From: Auanema rhodensis
Lineage: Eukaryota; Animalia; Nematoda
Direction: 5' to 3'
Length of the DNA: 64,000 bases
Assembly: GCA_964057225.1 (NCBI GenBank)
Contig: CAXKVF010000078.1
Span: forward strand, 496,001-560,000
The notes beneath the pieces are model-generated. The model saw nothing but the letters and a program-made list of their open reading frames with translations. It searched no databases and was not told where the DNA came from. Below, piece by piece: positions 38,101-52,800 of the stretch (its first letter is position 1; every line of letters begins with the position of its first letter). The translations under genes and the position numbers were made by a program.

Positions 38101-41100
38101 TCACGTGAAGCGAGTTACATACCAAGTGCACATCACGTGTACATTTAATTAGCATAAATTAAAGTTCACGTAAATTTCAAAGTTATGGTTACCATGCACC
38201 AATATCAATAAAAATTTGTTTTTAGACTAATATGGACATGGGGAATCTAATTTTGAAAACCGCATCTCTTTATCTTTCACGTGAAGCGAGTTACATACCA
38301 AGTGCACATCACGTGTACATTTATTTAGCATAAATTAAAGTTCACGTAAATTTCAAAGTCATGGTTATCATGAAGCAATATCAATAAAAATTTGTTTTTA
38401 GACTAATATGGACATGGGGAATCTAATTTTGAAAACCGCATCTCTTTATCTTTCACGTGAAGCGAGTTACATACCAAGTGCACATCACGTGTACATTTAA
38501 TTAGCATAAATTAAAGTTCACGTAAATTTCAAAGCCATGGTTACCATGAACCAATATCAATAAAAATTTGTTTTTAGACTAATATGGACATGGGGAATCT
38601 AATTTTGAAAACCGCATCTCTTTATCTTTCACGTGAAGCGAGTTACATACCAAGTGCACATCACGTGTACATTTAATTAGCATAAATTAAAGTTCACGTA
38701 AATTTCAAAGTCATGGTTACCATGAACCAATATCAATAAAAATTTGTTTTTAGACTAATATGGACATGGGGAATCTAATTTTGAAAACCGCATCTCTTTA
38801 TCTTTCACGTGAAGCGAGTTACATACCAAGTGCACATCACGTGTACATTTAATTAGCATAAATTAAAGTTCACGTAAATTTCAAAGTCATGGTTACCATG
38901 AAGCAATATCAATAAAAATTTGTTTTTAGACTAATATGGACATGGGGAATCTAATTTTGAAAACCGCATCTCTTTATCTTTCACGTGAAGCGAGTTACAT
39001 ACCAAGTGCACATCACGTGTACATTTATTTAGCATAAATTAAAGTTCACGTAAATTTCAAAGTCATGGTTACCATGCACCAATATCAATAAAAATTTGTT
39101 TTTAGACTAATATGGACATGGGGAATCTAATTTTGAAAACCGCATCTCTTTATCTTTCACGTGAAGCGAGTTACATACCAAGTGCACATCACGTGTACAT
39201 TTAATTAGCATAAATTAAAGTTCACGTAAATTTCAAAGTCATGGTTACCATGAACCAATATCAATAAAAATTTGTTTTTAGACTAATATGGACATGGGGA
39301 ATCTAATTTTGAAAACCGCATCTCTTTATCTTTCACGTGAAGCGAGTTACATACCAAGTGCACATCACGTGTACATTTAATTAGCATAAATTAAAGTTCA
39401 CGTAAATTTCAAAGTCATGGTTACCATGCACCAATATCAATAAAAATTTGTTTTTAGACTAATATGGACATGGGGAATCTAATTTTGAAAACCGCATCTC
39501 TTTATCTTTCACGTGAAGCGAGTTACATACCAAGTGCACATCACGTGTACATTTAATTAGCATAAATTAAAGTTCACGTAAATTTCAAAGTCATGGTTAC
39601 CATGAACCAATATCAATAAAAATTTGTTTTTAGACTAATATGGACATGGGGAATCTAATTTTGAAAACCGCATCTCTTTATCTTTCACGTGAAGCGAGTT
39701 ACATACCAAGTGCACATCACGTGTACATTTAATTAGCATAAATTAAAGTTCACGTAAATTTCAAAGTCATGGTTACCATGAAGCAATATCAATAAAAATT
39801 TGTTTTTAGACTAATATGGACATGGGGAATCTAATTTTGAAAACCGCATCTCTTTATCTTTCACGTGAAGCGAGTTACATACCAAGTGCACATCACGTGT
39901 ACATTTAATTAGCATAAATTAAAGTTCACGTAAATTTCAAAGTCATGGTTACCATGCACCAATATCAATAACAATTTGTTTTTAGACTAATGTGGACATG
40001 GGGAATCTAATTTTGAAAACCGCATCTCTTTATCTTTCACGTGAAGCGAGTTACATACCAAGTGCACATCACGTGTACATTTAATTAGCATAAATTAAAG
40101 TTCACGTAAATTTCAAAGTCATGGTTACCATGAACCAATATCAATAAAAATTTGTTTTTAGACTAATATGGACATGGGGAATCTAATTTTGAAAACCGCA
40201 TCTCTTTATCTTTCACGTGAAGCGAGTTACATACCAAGTGCACATCACGTGTACATTTAATTAGCATAAATTAAAGTTCACGTAAATTTCAAAGTCATGG
40301 TTACCATGAAGCAATATCAATAAAAATTTGTTTTTAGACTAATATGGACATGGGGAATCTAATTTTGAAAACCGCATCTCTTTATCTTTCACGTGAAGCG
40401 AGTTACATACCAAGTGCACATCACGTGTACATTTAATTAGCATAAATTAAAGTTCACGTAAATTTCAAAGTCATGGTTACCATGAACCAATATCAATAAA
40501 AATTTGTTTTTAGACTAATATGGACATGGGGAATCTAATTTTGAAAACCGCATCTCTTTATCTTTCACGTGAAGCGAGTTACATACCAAGTGCACATCAC
40601 GTGTACATTTAATTAGCATAAATTAAAGTTCACGTAAATTTCAAAGTCATGGTTACCATGAACCAATATCAATAAAAATTTGTTTTTAGACTAATATGGA
40701 CATGAGGAATCTAATTTTGAAAACCGCATCTCTTTATCTTTCACGTGAAGCGAGTTACATACCAAGTGCACATCACGTGTACATTTAATTAGCATAAATT
40801 AAAGTTCACGTAAATTTCAAAGTCATGGTTACCATGAAGCAATATCAATAAAAATTTGTTTTTAGACTAATATGGACATGGGGAATCTAATTTTGAAAAC
40901 CGCATCTCTTTATCTTTCACGTGAAGCGAGTTACATACCAAGTGCACATCACGTGTACATTTAATTAGCATAAATTAAAGTTCACGTAAATTTCAAAGTC
41001 ATGGTTACCATGCACCAATATCAATAAAAATTTGTTTTTAGACTAATATAGACATGGGGAATCTAATTTTGAAAACCGCATCTCTTTATCTTTCACGTGA

Positions 41101-43818
41101 AGCAAGTTACATACCAAGTGCACATCACGTGTACATTTAATTAGCATAAATTAAAGTTCACGTAAATTTCAAAGTCATGGTTACCATGAACCAATATCAA
41201 TAAAAATTTGTTTTTAGACTAATATGGACATGGGGAATCTAATTTTGAAAACCGCATCTCTTTATCTTTCACGTGAAGCGAGTTACATACCAAGTGCACA
41301 TCACGTGTACATTTAATTAGCATAAATTAAAGTTCACGTAAATTTCAAAGTCATGGTTACCATGAACCAATATCAATAAAAATTTGTTTTTAGACTAATA
41401 TGGACATGGGGAATCTAATTTTGAAAACCGCATCTCTTTATCTTTCACGTGAAGCGAGTTACATACCAAGTGCACATCACGTGTACATTTAATTAGCATA
41501 AATTAAAGTTCACGTAAATTTCAAAGTCATGGTTACCATGAACCAATATCAATAAAAATTTGTTTTTAGACTAATATGGACATGGGGAATCTAATTTTGA
41601 AAACCGCATCTCTTTATCTTTCACGTGAAGCGAGTTACATACCAAGTGCACATCACGTGTACATTTAATTAGCATAAATTAAAGTTCACGTAAATTTCAA
41701 AGTCATGGTTACCATGAAGCAATATCAATAAAAATTTGTTTTTAGACTAATATGGACATGGGGAATCTAATTTTGAAAACCGCATCTCTTTATCTTTCAC
41801 GTGAAGCGAGTTACATACCAAGTGCACATCACGTGTACATTTAATTAGCATAAATTAAAGTTCACGTAAATTTCAAAGTCATGGTTACCATGAACCAATA
41901 TCAATAAAAATTTGTTTTTAGACTAATATGGACATGGGGAATCTAATTTTGAAAACCGCATGTCTTTATCTTTCACGTGAAGCGAGTTACATACCAAGTG
42001 CACATCACGTGTACATTTAATTAGCATAAATTAAAGTTCACGTAAACTTCAAAGTCATGGTTACCATGAAGCAATATCAATAAAAATTTGTTTTTAGACT
42101 AATATGGACATGGGGAATCTAATTTTGAAAACCGCATCTCTTTATCTTTCACGCGAAGCGAGTTACATACCAAATGCACATCACGTGTACATTTAATTAG
42201 CATAAATTAAAGTTCACGTAAATTTCAAAGTCATGGTTACCATGAACCAATATCAATAAAAATTTGTTTTTAGACTAATATGGACATGAGGAATCTAATT
42301 TTGAAAACCGCATCTCTTTATCTTTCACGTGAAGCGAGTTACATACCAAGTGCACATCACGTGTACATTTAATTAGCATAAATTAAAGTTCACGTAAATT
42401 TCAAAGTCATGGTTACCATGCACCAATATCAATAAAAATTTGTTTTTAGACTAATATGGACATGGGGAATCTAATTTTGAAAACCGCATCTCTTTATCTT
42501 TCACGTGAAGCGAGTTACATACCAAGTGCACATCACGTGTACATTTAATTAGCATAAATTAAAGTTCACGTAAATTTCAAAGTCATGGTTACCATGAACC
42601 AATATCAATAAAAATTTGTTTTTAGACTAATATGGACATGGGGAATCTAATTTTGAAAACCGCATCTCTTTATCTTTCACGTGAAGCGAGTTACATACCA
42701 AGTGCACATCACGTGTACATTTAATTAGCATAAATTAAAGTTCACGTAAATTTCAAAGTCATGGTTACCATGAAGCAATATCAATAAAAATTTGTTTTTA
42801 GACTAATATGGACATGGGGAATCTAATTTTGAAAACCGCATCTCTTTATCTTTCACGTGAAGCGAGTTACATACCAAGTGCACATCACGTGTACATTTAA
42901 TTAGCATAAATTAAAGTTCACGTAAATTTCAAAGTCATGGTTACCATGAACCAATATCAATAAAAATTTGTTTTTAGACTAATATGGACATGGGGAATCT
43001 AATTTTGAAAACCGCATCTCTTTATCTTTCACGTGAAGCGAGTTACATACCAAGTGCACATCACGTGTACATTTAATTAGCATAAATTAAAGTTCACGTA
43101 AATTTCAAAGTCATGGTTACCATGAACCAATATCAATAAAAATTTGTTTTTAGACTAATATGGACATGGGGAATCTAATTTTAAAAACCGCATCTCTTTA
43201 TCTTTCACGTGAAGCGAGTTACATACCAAGTGCACATCACGTGTACATTTAATTAGCATAAATTAAAGTTCACGTAAATTTCAAAGTCATGGTTACCATG
43301 AACCAATATCAATAAAAATTTGTTTTTAGACTAATATGGACATGGGGAATCTAATTTTGAAAACCGCATCTCTTTATCTTTCACGTGAAGCGAGTTACAT
43401 ACCAAGTGCACATCACGTGTACATTTAATTAGCATAAATTAAAGTTCACGTAAATTTCAAAGTCATGGTTACCATGAACCAATATCAATAAAAATTTGTT
43501 TTTAGACTAATATGGACATGGGGAATCTAATTTTGAAAACCGCATCTCTTTATCTTTCACGTGAAGCGAGTTACATACCAAGTGCACATCACGTGTACAT
43601 TTAATTAGCATAAATTAAAGTTCACGTAAATTTCAAAGTCATGGTTACCATGAACCAATATCAATAAAAATTTGTTTTTAGACTAATATGGACATGGGGA
43701 ATCTAATTTTGAAAACCGCATCTCTTTATCTTTCACGTGAAGCGAGTTACATACCAAGTGCACATCACGTGTACATTTAATTAGCATAAATTAAAGTTCA
43801 CGTAAATTTCAAAGTCAT

Positions 43819-46800
43819 GGTTACCATGCTCCAATATCAATAAAAATTTGTTTTTAGACTAATATGGACATGGGGAATCTAATTTTGAAAACCGCATCTC
43901 TTTATCTTTCACGTGAAGCGAGTTACATACCAAGTGCACATCACGTGTACATTTAATTAGCATAAATTAAAGTTCACGTAAATTTCAAAGTCATGGTTAC
44001 CATGAACCAATATCAATAAAAATTTGTTTTTAGACTAATATGGACATGGGGAATCTAATTTTGAAAACCGCATCTCTTTATCTTTCACGTGAAGCGAGTT
44101 ACATACCAAGTGCACATCACGTGTACATTTAATTAGCATAAATTAAAGTTCACGTAAATTTCAAAGTCATGGTTACCATGAACCAATATCAATAAAAATT
44201 TGTTTTTAGACTAATATGGACATGGGGAATCTAATTTTGAAAACCGCATCTCTTTATCTTTCACGTGAAGCGAGTTACATACCAAGTGCACATCACGTGT
44301 ACATTTAATTAGCATAAATTAAAGTTCACGTAAATTTCAAAGTCATGGTTACCATGAACCAATATCAATAAAAATTTGTTTTTAGACTAATATGGACATG
44401 GGGAATCTAATTTTGAAAACCGCATCTCTTTATCTTTCACGTGAAGCGAGTTACATACCAAGTGCACATCACGTGTACATTTAATTAGCATAAATTAAAG
44501 TTCACGTAAATTTCAAAGTCATGGTTACCATGAACCAATATCAATAAAAATTTGTTTTTAGACTAATATGGACATGGGGAATCTAATTTTGAAAACCGCA
44601 TTTCTTTATCTTTCACGTGAAGCGAGTTACATACCAAGTGCACATCACGTGTACATTTAATTAGCATAAATTAAAGTTCACGTAAATTTCAAAGTCATGG
44701 TTACCATGCACCAATATCAATAAAAATTTGTTTTTAGACTAATATGGACATGGGGAATCTAATTTTGAAAACCGCATCTCTTTATCTTTCACGTGAAGCG
44801 AGTTACATACCAAGTGCACATCACGTGTACATTTAATTAGCATAAATTAAAGTTCACGTAAATTTCAAAGTCATGGTTACCATGAACCAATATCAATAAA
44901 AATTTGTTTTTAGACTAATATGGACATGGGGAATCTAATTTTGAAAACCGCATCTCTTTATCTTTCACGTGAAGCGAGTTACATACCAAGTGCACATCAC
45001 GTGTACATTTAATTAGCATAAATTAAAGTTCACGTAAATTTCAAAGTCATGGTTACCATGCTCCAATATCAATAAAAATTTGTTTTTAGACTAATATGGA
45101 CATGGGGAATCTAATTTTGAAAACCGCATCTCTTCATCTTTCACGTGAAGCGAGTTACATACCAAGTGCACATCACGTGTACATTTAATTAGCATAAATT
45201 AAAGTTCACGTAAAATTCAAAGTCATGGTTACCATGCACCAATATCAATAAAAATTTGTTTTTAGACTAATATGGACATGGGGAATCTAATTTTGAAAAC
45301 CGCATCTCTTTATCTTTCACGTGAAGCGAGTTACATACCAAGTGCACATCACGTGTACATTTAATTAGCATAAATTAAAGTTCACGTAAATTTCAAAGTC
45401 ATGGTTACCATGAACCAATATCAATAAAAATTTGTTTTTAGACTAATATGGACATGGGGAATCTAATTTTGAAAACCGCATCTCTTTATCTTTCACGTGA
45501 AGCGAGTTACATACCAAGTGCACATCACGTGTACATTTAATTAGCATAAATTAAAGTTCACGTAAATTTCAAAGTCATGGTTACCATGAACCAATATCAA
45601 TAAAAATTTGTTTTTAGACTAATATGGACATGGGGAATCTAATTTTGAAAACCGCATCTCTTTATCTTTCACGTGAAGCGAGTTACATACCAAGTGCACA
45701 TCACGTGTACATTTAATTAGCATAAATTAAAGTTCACGTAAATTTCAAAGTCATGGTTACCATGAACCAATATCAATAAAAATTTGTTTTTAGACTAATA
45801 TGGACATGGGGAATCTAATTTTGAAAACCGCATCTCTTTATCTTTCACGTGAAGCGAGTTACATACCAAGTGCACATCACGTGTACATTTAATTAGCATA
45901 AATTAAAGTTCACGTAAATTTCAAAGTCATGGTTACCATGAACCAATATCAATAAAAATTTGTTTTTAGACTAATATGGACATGGGGAATCTAATTTTGA
46001 AAACCGCATTTCTTTATCTTTCACGTGAAGCGAGTTACATACCAAGTGCACATCACGTGTACATTTAATTAGCATAAATTAAAGTTCACGTAAATTTCAA
46101 AGTCATGGTTACCATGCACCAATATCAATAAAAATTTGTTTTTAGACTAATATGGACATGGGGAATCTAATTTTGAAAACCGCATCTCTTTATCTTTCAC
46201 GTGAAGCGAGTTACATACCAAGTGCACATCACGTGTACATTTAATTAGCATAAATTAAAGTTCACGTAAATTTCAAAGTCATGGTTGCCATGAACCAATA
46301 TCAATAAAAATTTGTTTTTAGACTAATATGGACATGAGGAATCTAATTTTGAAAACCGCATCTCTTTATCTTTCACGTGAAGCGAGTTACATACCAAGTG
46401 CACATCACGTGTACATTTAATTAGCATAAATTAAAGTTCACGTAAATTTCAAAGTCATGGTTACCATGCACCAATATCAATAAAAATTTGTTTTTAGACT
46501 AATATGGACATGGGGAATCTAATTTTGAAAACCGCATCTCTTTATCTTTCACGTGAAGCGAGTTACATACCAAGTGCACATCACGTGTACATTTAATTAG
46601 CATAAATTAAAGTTCACGTAAATTTCAAAGTCATGGTTACCATGAACCAATATCAATAAAAATTTGTTTTTAGACTAATATGGACATGGGGAATCTAATT
46701 TTGAAAACCGCATCTCTTTATCTTTCACGTGAAGCGAGTTACATACCAAGTGCACATCACGTGTACATTTAATTAGCATAAATTAAAGTTCACGTAAATT

Positions 46801-49800
46801 TCAAAGTCATGGTTACCATGAACCAATATCAATAAAATTTTGTTTTTAGACTAATATGGACATGGGGAATCTAATTTTGAAAACCGCATCTCTTTATCTT
46901 TCACGTGAAGCGAGTTACATACCAAGTGCACATCACGTGTACATTTAATTAGCATAAATTAAAGTTCACGTAAATTTCAAAGTCATGGTTACCATGAACC
47001 AATATCAATAAAAATTTGTTTTTAGACTAATATGGACATGGGGAATCTAATTTTGAAAACCGCATTTCTTTATCTTTCACGTGAAGCGAGTTACATACCA
47101 AGTGCACATCACGTGTACATTTAATTAGCATAAATTAAAGTTCACGTAAATTTCAAAGTCATGGTTACCATGCACCAATATCAATAAAAATTTGTTTTTA
47201 GACTAATATGGACATGGGGAATCTAATTTTGAAAACCGCATCTCTTTATCTTTCACGTGAAGCGAGTTACATACCAAGTGCACATCACGTGTACATTTAA
47301 TTAGCATAAATTAAAGTTCACGTAAATTTCAAAGTCATGGTTACCATGAACCAATATCAATAAAAATTTGTTTTTAGACTAATATGGACATGGGGAATCT
47401 AATTTTGAAAACCGCATCTCTTTATCTTTCACGTGAAGCGAGTTACATACCAAGTGCACATCACGTGTACATTTAATTAGCATAAATTAAAGTTCACGTA
47501 AATTTCAAAGTCATGGTTACCATGCTCCAATATCAATAAAAATTTGTTTTTAGACTAATATGGACATGGGGAATCTAATTTTGTAAACCGCATCTCTTTA
47601 TCTTTCACGTGAAGCGAGTTACATACCAAGTGCACATCACGTGTACATTTAATTAGCATAAATTAAAGTTCACGTAAATTTCAAAGTCATGGTTACCATG
47701 AACCAATATCAATAAAAATTTGTTTTTAGACTAATATGGACATGGGGAATCTAATTTTGAAAACCGCATCTCTTTATCTTTCACGTGAAGCGAGTTACAT
47801 ACCAAGTGCACATCACGTGTACATTTAATTAGCATAAATTAAAGTTCACGTAAATTTCAAAGTCATGGTTACCATGAACCAATATCAATAAAAATTTGTT
47901 TTTAGACTAATATGGACATGGGGAATCTAATTTTGAAAACCGCATCTCTTTATCTTTCACGTGAAGCGAGTTACATACCAAGTGCACATCACGTGTACAT
48001 TTAATTAGCATAAATTAAAGTTCACGTAAATTTCAAAGTCATGGTTACCATGAACCAATATCAATAAAAATTTGTTTTTAGACTAATATGGACATGGGGA
48101 ATCTAATTTTGAAAACCGCATCTCTTTATCTTTCACGTGAAGCGAGTTACATACCAAGTGCACATCACGTGTACATTTAATTAGCATAAATTAAAGTTCA
48201 CGTAAATTTCAAAGTCATGGTTACCATGAACCAATATCAATAAAAATTTGTTTTTAGACTAATATGGACATGGGGAATCTAATTTTGAAAACCGCATTTC
48301 TTTATCTTTCACGTGAAGCGAGTTACATACCAAGTGCACATCACGTGTACATTTAATTAGCATAAATTAAAGTTCACGTAAATTTCAAAGTCATGGTTAC
48401 CATGCACCAATATCAATAAAAATTTGTTTTTAGACTAATATGGACATGGGGAATCTAATTTTGAAAACCGCATCTCTTTATCTTTCACGTGAAGCGAGTT
48501 ACATACCAAGTGCACATCACGTGTACATTTAATTAGCATAAATTAAAGTTCACGTAAATTTCAAAGTCATGGTTACCATGAACCAATATCAATAAAAATT
48601 TGTTTTTAGACTAATATGGACATGGGGAATCTAATTTTTGAAAACCGCATCTCTTTATCTTTCACGTGAAGCGAGTTACATACCAAGTGCACATCACGTG
48701 TACATTTAATTAGCATAAATTAAAGTTCACGTAAATTTCAAAGTCATGGTTACCATGCTCCAATATCAATAAAAATTTGTTTTTAGACTAATATGGACAT
48801 GGGGAATCTAATTTTGAAAACCGCATCTCTTCATCTTTCACGTGAAGCGAGTTACATACCAAGTGCACATCACGTGTACATTTAATTAGCATAAATTAAA
48901 GTTCACGTAAAATTCAAAGTCATGGTTACCATGCACCAATATCAATAAAAATTTGTTTTTAGACTAATATGGACATGGGGAATCTAATTTTGAAAACCGC
49001 ATCTCTTTATCTTTCACGTGAAGCGAGTTACATACCAAGTGCACATCACGTGTACATTTAATTAGCATAAATTAAAGTTCACGTAAATTTCAAAGTCATG
49101 GTTACCATGAACCAATATCAATAAAAATTTGTTTTTAGACTAATATGGACATGGGGAATCTAATTTTAAAAACCGCATCTCTTTATCTTTCACGTGAAGC
49201 GAGTTACATACCAAGTGCACATCACGTGTACATTTAATTAGCATAAATTAAAGTTCACGTAAACTTCAAAGTCATGGTTACCATGAACCAATATCAATAA
49301 AAATTTGTTTTTAGACTAATATGGACATGGGGAATCTAATTTTGAAAACCGCATCTCTTTATCTTTCACGTGAAGCGAGTTACATACCAAGTGCACATCA
49401 CGTGTACATTTAATTAGCATAAATTAAAGTTCACGTAAATTTCAAAGTCATGGTTACCATGAACCAATATCAATAAAAATTTGTTTTTAGACTAATATGG
49501 ACATGGGGAATCTAATTTTGAAAACCGCATCTCTTTATCTTTCACGTGAAGCGAGTTACATACCAAGTGCACATCACGTGTACATTTAATTAGCATAAAT
49601 TAAAGTTCACGTAAATTTCAAAGTCATGGTTACCATGCTCCAATATCAATAAAAATTTGTTTTTAGACTAATATGGACATGGGGAATCTAATTTTGAAAA
49701 CCGCATCTCTTCATCTTTCACGTGAAGCGAGTTACATACCAAGTGCACATCACGTGTACATTTAATTAGCATAAATTAAAGTTCACGTAAAATTCAAAGT

Positions 49801-52800
49801 CATGGTTACCATGCACCAATATCAATAAAAATTTGTTTTTAGACTAATATGGACATGGGGAATCTAATTTTGAAAACCGCATCTCTTTATCTTTCACGTG
49901 AAGCGAGTTACATACCAAGTGCACATCACGTGTACATTTAATTAGCATAAATTAAAGTTCACGTAAATTTCAAAGTCATGGTTACCATGAACCAATATCA
50001 ATAAAAATTTGTTTTTAGACTAATATGGACATGGGGAATCTAATTTTAAAAACCGCATCTCTTTATCTTTCACGTGAAGCGAGTTACATACCAAGTGCAC
50101 ATCACGTGTACATTTAATTAGCATAAATTAAAGTTCACGTAAATTTCAAAGTCATGGTTACCATGCACCAATATCAATAAAAATTTGTTTTTAGACTAAT
50201 ATGGACATGGGGAATCTAATTTTGAAAACCGCATCTCTTTATCTTTCACGTGAAGCGAGTTACATACCAAGTGCACATCACGTGTACATTTAATTAGCAT
50301 AAATTAAAGTTCACGTAAATTTCAAAGTCATGGTTACCATGAACCAATATCAATAAAAATTTGTTTTTAGACTAATATGGACATGGGGAATCTAATTTTG
50401 AAAACCGCATCTCTTTATCTTTCACGTGAAGCGAGTTACATACCAAGTGCACATCACGTGTACATTTAATTAGCATAAATTAAAGTTCACGTAAATTTCA
50501 AAGTCATGGTTACCATGCTCCAATATCAATAAAAATTTGTTTTTTGACTAATATGGACATGGGGAATCTAATTTTGAAAACCGCATCTCTTTATCTTTCA
50601 CGTGAAGCGAGTTACATATTAAGTGCACATCACGTGTACATTTAATTAGCATAAATTAAAGTTCACGTAAATTTCAAAGTCATGGTTACCATGAACCAAT
50701 ATCAATAAAAATTTGTTTTTAGACTAATATGGACATGGGGAATCTAATTTTGAAAACCGCATCTCTTTATCTTTCACGTGAAGCGAGTTACATACCAAGT
50801 GCACATCACGTGTACATTTAATTAGCATAAATTAAAGTTCACGTAAATTTCAAAGTCATGGTTACCATGAACCAATATCAATAAAAATTTGTTTTTAGAC
50901 TAATATGGACATGGGGAATCTAATTTTGAAAACCGCATCTCTTTATCTTTCACGTGAAGCGAGTTACATACCAAGTGCACATCACGTGTACATTTAATTA
51001 GCATAAATTAAAGTTCACGTAAATTTCAAAGTCATGGTTACCATGAACCAATATCAATAAAAATTTGTTTTTAGACTAATATGGACATGGGGAATCTAAT
51101 TTTGAAAACCGCATCTCTTTATCTTTCACGTGAAGCGAGTTACATACCAAGTGCACATCACGTGTACATTTAATTAGCATAAATTAAAGTTCACGTAAAT
51201 TTCAAAGTCATGGTTACCATGAACCAATATCAATAAAAATTTGTTTTTAGACTAATATGGACATGGGGAATCTAATTTTGAAAACCGCATTTCTTTATCT
51301 TTCACGTGAAGCGAGTTACATACCAAGTGCACATCACGTGTACATTTAATTAGCATAAATTAAAGTTCACGTAAATTTCAAAGTCATGGTTACCATGCAC
51401 CAATATCAATAAAAATTTGTTTTTAGACTAATATGGACATGGGGAATCTAATTTTGAAAACCGCATCTCTTTATCTTTCACGTGAAGCGAGTTACATACC
51501 AAGTGCACATCACGTGTACATTTAATTAGCATAAATTAAAGTTCACGTAAATTTCAAAGTCATGGTTACCATGAACCAATATCAATAAAAATTTGTTTTT
51601 AGACTAATATGGACATGGGGAATCTAATTTTGAAAACCGCATCTCTTTATCTTTCACGTGAAGCGAGTTACATACCAAGTGCACATCACGTGTACATTTA
51701 ATTAGCATAAATTAAAGTTCACGTAAATTTCAAAGTCATGGTTACCATGCTCCAATATCAATAAAAATTTGTTTTTAGACTAATATGGACATGGGGAATC
51801 TAATTTTGAAAACCGCATCTCTTCATCTTTCACGTGAAGCGAGTTACATACCAAGTGCACATCACGTGTACATTTAATTAGCATAAATTAAAGTTCACGT
51901 AAAATTCAAAGTCATGGTTACCATGCACCAATATCAATAAAAATTTGTTTTTAGACTAATATGGACATGGGGAATCTAATTTTGAAAACCGCATCTCTTT
52001 ATCTTTCACGTGAAGCGAGTTACATACCAAGTGCACATCACGTGTACATTTAATTAGCATAAATTAAAGTTCACGTAAATTTCAAAGTCATGGTTACCAT
52101 GAACCAATATCAATAAAAATTTGTTTTTAGACTAATATGGACATGGGGAATCTAATTTTAAAAACCGCATCTCTTTATCTTTCACGTGAAGCGAGTTACA
52201 TACCAAGTGCACATCACGTGTACATTTAATTAGCATAAATTAAAGTTCACGTAAACTTCAAAGTCATGGTTACCATGAACCAATATCAATAAAAATTTGT
52301 TTTTAGACTAATATGGACATGGGGAATCTAATTTTGAAAACCGCATCTCTTTATCTTTCACGTGAAGCGAGTTACATACCAAGTGCACATCACGTGTACA
52401 TTTAATTAGCATAAATTAAAGTTCACGTAAATTTCAAAGTCATGGTTACCATGAACCAATATCAATAAAAATTTGTTTTTAGACTAATATGGACATGGGG
52501 AATCTAATTTTAAAAACCGCATCTCTTTATCTTTCACGTGAAGCGAGTTACATACCAAGTGCACATCACGTGTACATTTAATTAGCATAAATTAAAGTTC
52601 ACGTAAATTTCAAAGTCATGGTTACCATGAACCAATATCAATAAAAATTTGTTTTTAGACTAATATGGACATGGGGAATCTAATTTTGAAAACCGCATTT
52701 CTTTATCTTTCACGTGAAGCGAGTTACATACCAAGTGCACATCACGTGTACATTTAATTAGCATAAATTAAAGTTCACGTAAACTTCAAAGTCATGGTTA

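Noticed and set aside
48571-48747. 177-bp monomer with an extra T in the T4 run as a meaningful variant
   Set aside because: It is a singleton homopolymer change absent from the three sister cassettes and may be a consensus error.
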